Source: a virus. From it: a stretch of DNA of 64,000 nt. The stretch spans positions 1 through 64,000 of IMG/VR virus record IMGVR_UViG_3300045988_118194, one strand, 5' to 3'. A model generated the notes under the pieces. It saw nothing but the letters and a program-made list of their open reading frames with translations, had not been told where the DNA came from and made no database searches. Both the position numbers and the translations under genes were made by a program. Below are positions 56,985-64,000 of the stretch, piece by piece. Within the stretch, counting starts at the first letter, position 1. Every line of letters begins with the position of its first letter.

Positions 56985-59839
56985 TATTTGGTCCTCCTTC
57001 TTCTTTTAGTTTCATCATCTTCTTCATTTAAACTTCTCAAGTAAGGTGTAGAATAATCACCCATATTCATCACATCCTGATTGCCTTGAACGTAAATAAT
57101 TTGACCACTTGGAAGCATTCTCATATTCGGGGCTATGGAAGCTATGGTATTCAACGATGTACGAACATTAAACTTATTCTGTATCTCGCTGTTTATACTA
57201 TCATAATAACGAGCAAGATTTTCATCCCTTATAGCCATAGCTTTCAACAACCCAGATTCATAACGTTGCCTTTCCGCTATGTTCTTATCGTCTGTCTGAA
57301 CATAAGCCATTTCATTGAATCTATCAGCTTCGTTTATTTGCCTTGCGTTACTGAAATTTACTTCATTAACGTACTTAGCTATATTGCTTCCAGCTATGGC
57401 GTTCATATTAGCCAGAATAGCAGCTCGCTGGGAGTCGGGCACGTCACCTACTGCGTCCAACTGAGCCGATGTCGCGCGGTTGAGCTCGTTGATATACTGA
57501 TCAGCAGATTGCAGAACCGGATCTATTCTCGGAGCCTGATGCCTTTCCAATCCCTCTATCTCCAAGCCTGTATCGAGCGTTCTCAGCATCTCCGGGAAGA
57601 TAGGACCGAACGCCGCCGGTCTGCCCTGTCCTTTAGGTCCGTTGTCTTCAACCACCTCCTCTGTATCGGTGTCGGTTGCAGTCGTAGGCGTACTTGCTTT
57701 CGGTTTTACCTCTATCCTTCCAGGAGATCCAATCTTAGGCGGTGTAAGGCCTGGTGCTATGGGACCGGCCTCAATAGGCTTCATTTCTGGTTTAACAGAC
57801 TCAAGAACGAAGTCTATTTCCGGCATTAACCCACTATCTCTTAAAGCAACAAACTTATTATAATCGGAGCCCAGAATCTTCTTAGCGGCATCAGATTTAT
57901 CACCAAATAAGTCAACATAATTCTTTATTCCTTTTTCGTTTAACAATCTTTTTTGCTCTGCCGAAACAACGTCCAACCCATAATAAGAACGAGTAGCTGT
58001 TGTCTGACCAAACTTATCATCTACGGCAAATGAATTATAAGCCTGATTCCCTCCGTAGCTTCCGGCGTCCTGGCCCCAGAATCCGTATTCATCTCTGAAT
58101 TTCTTGGCTGCATCAGCATTCGTAATAGCGCCTACATCAGCTAACGCCCACAATGCATTTAATTGCCTGTTGTATCCTTTCTGGAAACCTTCTGTATCAA
58201 AATCACCATCCGTATTGTACTTGTTAGCCCATCGGTTTATGTCGAGCAAATTAGATACCGCCTTATCATTTACCCTGCCGTATCCTAAATTGCTTCTATG
58301 TTGGAGATTCTGGTTGGCATTGACACTGGAATCAGGATTAAGGATCTGCTCACGACCACTAACATCAGATACAGTCATATTAAGAGTTCGTCCAAATAAC
58401 TGATTGATAAGCTTATTGTAGCCGATAGCATTCTTTCTAAGTTCCTCCAGCTCCTTCTGAGTAGGTCCACCTTCAGCCATTTTTCTGGTTTGCTTAACAT
58501 ACTCGTCATATATCCAGTTCTTAGCATCTGATTCTGCAATATTAAAAGCCTTAGCTTGTTTCTTTACCTGATTCAGATCAACAACCCCTCCATCCCTGAA
58601 AAAAGCATCCATCTTCTCGTTACGCTTAGATTCTTCCTGTTTGCCATAAACGATTTCAGCGAAAGAACGAAATTGTGCTTCAAGCTCGTCTATCTCTTTC
58701 TGGTTTTCATTGACGTACTTGGAAAGAATAGAAGCATTAAGATTAGATGTGTTTTTGTCTTTTACATCTTCATTTTTCTCTAATCTCTTATATACACGCT
58801 CCTGATCTTCGTACTTATCAGACAAACCAATCTTCTTCTTATATCGATCAAGGAGTGTAGCATACGTATCTTTTGACGTTGCCTTAATACCATAATTTTC
58901 TCTAACGTAAGAGGCAAACTCATCATCTATCTTACGATAATCGGAAACAATATAAGCCTCTGGCAAATCAACCGGAGTGCCACCATTTTCATGTCTGTTC
59001 CCTTTGGCTTCCATAGGCCCTACGGAGTCAGGAGTCAGCACGTACTCGCCTTTCTCTATCTCTACATTCGCAGCATCTTCCATAGACTTGGGAAGAGGAT
59101 AAATATATTCGCCGGTCATATCAGACGTATCTATCTTCTGACCGTTACCTAAATTCACGCCACCACCTTCACGTTCCCACTTGATGAATTGCTGCCGGCG
59201 CTCCTTGGCAAGTTTTTCCCTCGCTGCCTGCTCGTCTCTGCTGGCTGCATACGCAGCAGATGAAGCTCCCATGATATTACGGGTAAGACCTAATCCTAAA
59301 CTAACACCAGACAAGGCAGCTTGAGCCACATTAGCACCGACCTTATTACCGGCTCTTATCCGGCCAAGACTTGTACCGAACATTTGAGCTCTGCCGGTTA
59401 GATCGGGTGAATAATATGGGGTAGTCATAGGATCAAGAGGATTACCATCTTGGGAACGTTTTTCTTTAGAGGAATCAGCATCAACACCACCTACATTCAT
59501 TGCATTATCAACGACTGATTTCTCTACGTTTTTAACCATACCCCTATTATCAGCGAGATATCCTGCATATCCTGCATCATTGTTTTCAAAAAACGGATCG
59601 GATGTAGGCATACTACTAAATGGATTTTTCTCCCCCTCCTCTGTTTCTAAAATCACATCAGAAGGCATATATATATTCTGAATATCAGATTCACCCCATT
59701 TATTAACAGGCGTTCCATAATCAAGAATAGGCTGAGTAGAGGATACATTAATATCCTGTTTCTTATCCTGAACACTACCGCCAGGAGCGAATATCGGACG
59801 ATTTTTTATGATTCGTAATTTCATACTATCTTTTTTCAC
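56984..59839 (-). CDS. large hypothetical protein (951 aa; the track start is GTG, the first ATG is 5 codons downstream)
   Basis: Long ORF. Pro/Thr-rich linker region. Confidence 0.6.
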   Translation of the reverse strand: MKKDSMKLRIIKNRPIFAPGGSVQDKKQDINVSSTQPILDYGTPVNKWGESDIQNIYMPSDVILETEEGEKNPFSSMPTSDPFFENNDAGYAGYLADNRGMVKNVEKSVVDNAMNVGGVDADSSKEKRSQDGNPLDPMTTPYYSPDLTGRAQMFGTSLGRIRAGNKVGANVAQAALSGVSLGLGLTRNIMGASSAAYAASRDEQAAREKLAKERRQQFIKWEREGGGVNLGNGQKIDTSDMTGEYIYPLPKSMEDAANVEIEKGEYVLTPDSVGPMEAKGNRHENGGTPVDLPEAYIVSDYRKIDDEFASYVRENYGIKATSKDTYATLLDRYKKKIGLSDKYEDQERVYKRLEKNEDVKDKNTSNLNASILSKYVNENQKEIDELEAQFRSFAEIVYGKQEESKRNEKMDAFFRDGGVVDLNQVKKQAKAFNIAESDAKNWIYDEYVKQTRKMAEGGPTQKELEELRKNAIGYNKLINQLFGRTLNMTVSDVSGREQILNPDSSVNANQNLQHRSNLGYGRVNDKAVSNLLDINRWANKYNTDGDFDTEGFQKGYNRQLNALWALADVGAITNADAAKKFRDEYGFWGQDAGSYGGNQAYNSFAVDDKFGQTTATRSYYGLDVVSAEQKRLLNEKGIKNYVDLFGDKSDAAKKILGSDYNKFVALRDSGLMPEIDFVLESVKPEMKPIEAGPIAPGLTPPKIGSPGRIEVKPKASTPTTATDTDTEEVVEDNGPKGQGRPAAFGPIFPEMLRTLDTGLEIEGLERHQAPRIDPVLQSADQYINELNRATSAQLDAVGDVPDSQRAAILANMNAIAGSNIAKYVNEVNFSNARQINEADRFNEMAYVQTDDKNIAERQRYESGLLKAMAIRDENLARYYDSINSEIQNKFNVRTSLNTIASIAPNMRMLPSGQIIYVQGNQDVMNMGDYSTPYLRSLNEEDDETKRRRRTK

Positions 59840-59892
59840 AAAGATAAGAGAAACGAACGAGAAAATCCAACGTTATGGGATACGTTTAAAAA

Positions 59893-60912
59893 TCAATCAT
59901 GTACGGCAGACAAACCGCCCGAATCAGGATCATACTTAAGACCGCATGCCCGGCGATAGTTCTTAAGCGCTCTCTTGTACAAAAACAGCACTGTCTTGGA
60001 AACTATTTTCTTCATAGATTTGGTTAAAACCTCTTCTGTTGAAACAGACATCAGACAGCTATTCAAGAACGACCTGACATTGAAGCCAAACAAGATCTTC
60101 ACCATTTTTCTAAACGTTCTAAAAAGATATGATGCCGAAAGAGCCTTTAATCCATTGCGAGCCAATCTCTTATTTAAATACGAAACAGCCTTGTCGGATA
60201 GACATATCCTATTTTTTCCTTGACTGTCCACCTCTGACGAAAACCACGAATATAAAGTGGTAGGATGTTTCTTAAGGTGATTAATGAAAGAAGTCATTAT
60301 CCCTTCTTTTAAAGCCCTTTTATGGGCTACGCATGCAGCAATCTTCTCTTCTCTTTTCAAAGAGCTGTCAAGGCATCTAAACACCGTCCTATCGTCTCCG
60401 ATGAAATACTGAGGACGTTCTTCCTTGAACTTAGCCCGATAAGCGGCATATCCTTCCTTACGAAGCATATCTATCTGAGACCGGATATAGAACCTTACAC
60501 ACTTTTCTTCAGCCTCTTGCACGCTTTTAAGATAAGGAACTGACTTTCTTCCATATCGAAGATAGTCATAAACCATAGCCTCTATGAAGTCATTGTATGG
60601 GAAGAATCTTCCAAAACCAAAGTTCCAAACTATGAAACATCGCACTCTATCTTTCCAATAATCAGATATGAGAAAATTGCTACAATATCTCAACTTCCTG
60701 TCTTTCTGATAAAAATGATGAGTATGTTTGTCATAAAATAGATTAAAATATCTCAAATTGCCTAAACACTGACCGGCTGGACGGCGTACTACATTGTACC
60801 CTAAGTTGCTGAAGCTATTGTATATAACTTCTATCGGAGAGACCTGCTCTTTCTTAAAGAGCTTGTCGTGTAACTTGTGAGGATCTGTTATTTCTTTTAA
60901 CTTTGTGTCCAT
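59893..60912 (-). CDS. hypothetical basic protein (339 aa)
   Basis: ORF. K/R/Y/F-rich. Motifs HTHHFY and FIGDD noted, but not assignable. Confidence 0.5.
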   Translation of the reverse strand: MDTKLKEITDPHKLHDKLFKKEQVSPIEVIYNSFSNLGYNVVRRPAGQCLGNLRYFNLFYDKHTHHFYQKDRKLRYCSNFLISDYWKDRVRCFIVWNFGFGRFFPYNDFIEAMVYDYLRYGRKSVPYLKSVQEAEEKCVRFYIRSQIDMLRKEGYAAYRAKFKEERPQYFIGDDRTVFRCLDSSLKREEKIAACVAHKRALKEGIMTSFINHLKKHPTTLYSWFSSEVDSQGKNRICLSDKAVSYLNKRLARNGLKALSASYLFRTFRKMVKILFGFNVRSFLNSCLMSVSTEEVLTKSMKKIVSKTVLFLYKRALKNYRRACGLKYDPDSGGLSAVHD

Positions 60913-60976
60913 ATTAATGGGTTTTTAGTGCAAAGATATGGTTTTTCATCATACGCTCAAAGAAGAAAATGCACGG

Positions 60977-61024
60977 CCTTGTATCCGGTTTGAGAGAAAT
61001 AGGATACAAGGTTTTTTGTTTTAT
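60977..61024 (+). terminator. strong hairpin plus T-run (plus-strand orientation, possibly bidirectional)
   Basis: 10-bp stem ccttgtatcc/ggatacaagg, 15-nt loop, then ttttttgtttt. Confidence 0.5.
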
Positions 61025-61234
61025 GACGGTTTGGATAAGAGACGGGAAAACGACTCTGAACGTAACCTCCTGACCGTCAGTGGTGGGACAACAAATCTTG
61101 AATTAAAACTACGCCTATGAATAGTCTCCGTTTTCCTTAATATTAAGACCCTTTTAAATGATCTTACCCATTATATCATTTATATTATTTTATATACTTT
61201 ACCATTTATTCATATAATTGTTTACAGTGAATGA

Positions 61235-61409
61235 ACTTAACGACCGAAGGGAGTTAAGTGAGTGAACAGATTAACAAATTACTTTTTCCGTCTATTGTAT
61301 TGTTTGCCTAATTGTGTTAAAGGATTGAGTATCGTGACCGAAGGGAACGATGCGAAAGAACATATAACATTTAAAAAACGACTGAACCTATCGACTGAAA
61401 GGAGATAGG
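61235..61409. repeat. three 7-bp-stem hairpins with near-identical 11-nt loops (GACCGAAGGGA, GACCGAAGGGA, GACTGAAAGGA). Candidate structured RNA or protein-binding repeats.
   Basis: Hairpins at about 61235-61259, about 61329-61353 and about 61386-61410. The stems differ in sequence (covariation) while the loops are conserved. Confidence 0.55.
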
Positions 61410-61670
61410 TGATGGAGTGACGTTAATAGTTATATTAGGTAGCCAGTGGAGAATTAGGCAGGCTGGTAGGCGAGACGGGCTCCCATGCCCGTCAGGACAG
61501 TGGAGGTACGTAGGTCTGTTCTGTTAAACCAAGGCGATGATAGTTCCATCCTTCACGAAATCGCACAAAAAAGCCGGATTATCTTGATATCGTTCTTCAA
61601 CCTTCGGTATCCGCATAACGAGTCTCAAATCCGGCTTCGCTTTATTAATATGAGAAATAAAATAATTGTT

Positions 61671-63977
61671 CTAATTGTCAGTGACGCCTTTAATGCGAAG
61701 CTGAATATTGGGAAGCACGGCGTTAATCAAAGCCATTTTCTTATCCTCTTCGCTTTCTTTTTGATTCTGTCTATACATCATATTATAATCACTGTCATCA
61801 CCATCCTTTTTCCCGTCTAACGTCAGTAAATGATTTATGATGTCCTTACCATACGTTTCAGTCCATGTACGGAATCTCTCTTCCTCGGACTGTCCCTCCT
61901 GGGACGGGGCTTCTGGGTTAGGGAGGGCGGCTGCCACTTCTACCTCTGGAAGTGTTACCGATGCTGCTATTTCACCAGCATCTCCGAATCCCATTTGACC
62001 ATACAAAGATACTGAATTTTCTTCAATTTCCAAACCAAGATTTTTAGCAACTTCCATAGCATAGTTATAACGGTCATCATTTCTTATAACACTCTTATGA
62101 GGACGCCCTGCTCCTTGGTTCCAAGCTACTACAGCATCTTTAAGGTTATCGGCGTTCATAAAGTCCTGCCGGCTGTAATTGTAATACCCTGGTCCTTCTT
62201 TTCCTTTTCTTGTGTATAAGAAATTAGAATATCCGGTCTTTCCTTCGTATTCGTCAGCTAAGAACTCAAGTTGGTCTTTGAATGTGGGTGTAGAATGACC
62301 TTTCTTTTTGGCATGCTTGAATAGCTTATCCATGCGCTCATTATGCCATTGCTGTATGCCGTATGATGTTCTGTTGTCTCCGTATATGTCGTCTTTAAGA
62401 CCGGATTCAGCCATGAGATTACCTATGATGGCAAGCGCCTGTATTTTAGACATGCCTCGCTTTCCAGTAAAGTATTCATATGCTTCACGCTGTTTGCCAA
62501 TTACGCCACCTTCTTTTTTAATATTAGTATTGTACCTCTTTCCATTCCACGTAAATTCCTTAAGACCTCTTTTCATGGCTTCTTTAAAGGCTTCGCCTCT
62601 TGTAGTGGAAATAGGGTCTTGTAATTCAAGATCGTTTTTTATACCAAGAATGGCATTAATAATATTATCATCCTTTTTATCATCATCATCTAATTTATCA
62701 ACATTATTCGAAACGTAAGATTGGCTTATCAAGTTTGATACGCTCTTTCTGTTTTTATAAGTTCCTTCTTTATCTGATGGAGCTTCAAAAGCATATACAA
62801 GTGGATACGAATAATCCGTATCTGGATCTTCTGACATAAATTCGTTTACTGCATGAATAGCTTTTTTGTATTTAGTATCTTTTATACTATACTTCCCAGC
62901 ATCTTGAACATGATCATAAAATCTGTCTATCATGTAGTTGATATATCCACGCTTATCGCTCTTAAATCTTTCTTTATCTCTTTCAAACTCTTTTGGCGGA
63001 TATCTTTTATAATATTCTTGAAAAAGTCCCCTAAATTTTCCATCCTCAGATACAGCGTAGGGGTTTCCACCAGATTCTTCAATAATATTTCCAAGTACGG
63101 CTTCTATCTGGCGTTGATTAAAACCTTTGTCATATAAAGCATCATAGATCATATTCATCCCTTCTACGTCCATAGTGCGATGTTTACCTTTACCTACACG
63201 CTTCATATTCTCATATTTGGATTTAAATAAATCCCAATCTATTTCTGGCTTAGAAGACTCCCCTCCTTGTTTTTTGGATCTTATCTCCATCCTTTTATCC
63301 AAATCATTCTTGGAATCAATAATGGATCTAAACAGGATCTTGTTTGGATCGCTCTCTTCGTATGGGATTTTATCTTCCACATAATCCCTGATTTCAAAAG
63401 GATATCCTATTGCATCAAGAGTCTTAGTAACAATCCCTACTTTAATAGGTTGATCATTCCTATAAAAATCATACTTATCCTTTACGACCATCCTGCCTTT
63501 ATCATCACGGTACATGGTAAAACTTGATAAGCCTGACAAATCATTTAAATCGCCGTAAGCATCCGGTATAAAATTGTATTCGTTAAATACCTGATGTTCT
63601 CCGGTTCTGGCTTTTTTTAAAAGATCTATCCCCTCTTCCACCATTCCAAGTTTCCTGCTCGTTACATCCCTTAACTCCTCCAAATCAGATACGTCCTTGC
63701 CTGTAACTTTTCCATCAATTATCTTATTATCTAAGGAATCAAGTTCCTTTCCATATTTTTTAGCCATTTTTTCCCACCCACCATTTATCCTGTCAGATAT
63801 AATGGATTTGATATTATCTGGTATTCTAACAATCCCGTTTTCCTCTTTCAGGTTATTTGGTTGGTTTAAGAATCTAAACCAAAGATTTTGACTAAAATCA
63901 TCTACATTGGCTTTCGGAACATCTTGACCAAAAAATTCCATTATTTTGGTTTTTAATCCTCTTTCGTTAGCATACAC
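61671..63977 (-). CDS. large protein with two tail-lysozyme-like (peptidoglycan hydrolase) domains. Probably N-terminally truncated by the window edge.
   Basis: Two copies of a G-N-I/L-x-x-E-S-G...G-L/I-F/Q-Q motif: EAVLGNIIEESGGNP...RGLFQ and LAIIGNLMAESGL...YGIQQWHNER. The reading frame is open to position 64000. Confidence 0.5.
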   Translation of the reverse strand: MYANERGLKTKIMEFFGQDVPKANVDDFSQNLWFRFLNQPNNLKEENGIVRIPDNIKSIISDRINGGWEKMAKKYGKELDSLDNKIIDGKVTGKDVSDLEELRDVTSRKLGMVEEGIDLLKKARTGEHQVFNEYNFIPDAYGDLNDLSGLSSFTMYRDDKGRMVVKDKYDFYRNDQPIKVGIVTKTLDAIGYPFEIRDYVEDKIPYEESDPNKILFRSIIDSKNDLDKRMEIRSKKQGGESSKPEIDWDLFKSKYENMKRVGKGKHRTMDVEGMNMIYDALYDKGFNQRQIEAVLGNIIEESGGNPYAVSEDGKFRGLFQEYYKRYPPKEFERDKERFKSDKRGYINYMIDRFYDHVQDAGKYSIKDTKYKKAIHAVNEFMSEDPDTDYSYPLVYAFEAPSDKEGTYKNRKSVSNLISQSYVSNNVDKLDDDDKKDDNIINAILGIKNDLELQDPISTTRGEAFKEAMKRGLKEFTWNGKRYNTNIKKEGGVIGKQREAYEYFTGKRGMSKIQALAIIGNLMAESGLKDDIYGDNRTSYGIQQWHNERMDKLFKHAKKKGHSTPTFKDQLEFLADEYEGKTGYSNFLYTRKGKEGPGYYNYSRQDFMNADNLKDAVVAWNQGAGRPHKSVIRNDDRYNYAMEVAKNLGLEIEENSVSLYGQMGFGDAGEIAASVTLPEVEVAAALPNPEAPSQEGQSEEERFRTWTETYGKDIINHLLTLDGKKDGDDSDYNMMYRQNQKESEEDKKMALINAVLPNIQLRIKGVTDN

Positions 63978-64000
63978 ATCAGGTGTTATATTAGATGCCA

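Noticed and set aside
1139-57800. Recurrent 60-130-bp GC-rich islands inside genes (about 1139-1275, 8521-8620, 10265-10330, 13632-13735, 19139-19215, 26268-26345, 34118-34195, 40545-40640, 48935-49015, 53600-53680, 57440-57800)
   Set aside because: Most encode Pro/Ala/Gly/Arg-rich linker segments whose codons are GC-rich (for example PAPEPEQAQGEEPEAPAEE, PAPPAQPAPAAQ, PVPPPLNP). Amino-acid composition explains them, not a repeat family or mobile insertion. No shared nucleotide motif was seen.
59893-60912. FIGDD in the 339-aa protein as a reverse-transcriptase YxDD or RdRp GDD motif
   Set aside because: No accompanying RT motifs A or B', and no finger/palm context. An isolated tripeptide.
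1-64000. CRISPR arrays and tRNA, tmRNA or rRNA genes
   Set aside because: No regularly spaced direct-repeat arrays were seen. Intergenic regions were scanned for T-loop (GGTTCGAATCC-like) and cloverleaf-compatible sequences without success. A computational tRNA scan would still be worthwhile.

Overview
This 64-kb window reads as a contiguous piece of a low-GC (about 35%) tailed dsDNA phage genome. Two convergently transcribed gene blocks, giant virion proteins and a Bacteroidales-like promoter point to a crAss-like (Crassvirales-type) phage, but that assignment is inference only. Block 1 (plus strand, 1-27.8 kb) is an early/replication/accessory module of more than 50 tightly packed, often start/stop-overlapping genes. 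Those I can recognise are: a small P-loop ATPase; an IS200/IS605-family TnpB element; a CHC2-zinc-finger/TOPRIM-like primase; a DnaB-like helicase; an acyl-carrier-protein homolog; an NfeD-like membrane protein plus an SPFH/flotillin protein; a Cas4-like PD-(D/E)XK nuclease; an SF2 DEAH-like helicase; a dATP/dGTP-diphosphohydrolase-like domain protein; a NUMOD4/HNH homing endonuclease; and an orphan C5-cytosine DNA methyltransferase with an in-frame 21-bp tandem duplication. Block 2 (minus strand, 27.9-64 kb) is a virion/late module. It holds two giant ORFs (2140 aa and 2110 aa), further large proteins of 1019, 951, 759 and 768 aa (the last with two tail-lysozyme-like domains, probably truncated by the window edge), and a cluster of small ORFs. 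Inside that cluster sits an apparently intact IscB (RuvC-HNH OMEGA nuclease) with a 358-bp structured upstream region that is a candidate omega RNA. The two blocks meet at a hairpin/T-run terminator near 27.82-27.86 kb. No CRISPR array, tRNA, rRNA, DNA polymerase, terminase, portal or major capsid gene could be recognised here. The most notable items are two different RNA-guided-nuclease (OMEGA) loci on a phage, a phage-encoded ACP plus NfeD-flotillin membrane module, and a 750-bp non-coding locus with three hairpins whose stems differ but whose 11-nt loops are conserved. Coordinates I derived by hand (hairpins, alternative starts) may be off by 1-2 nt.
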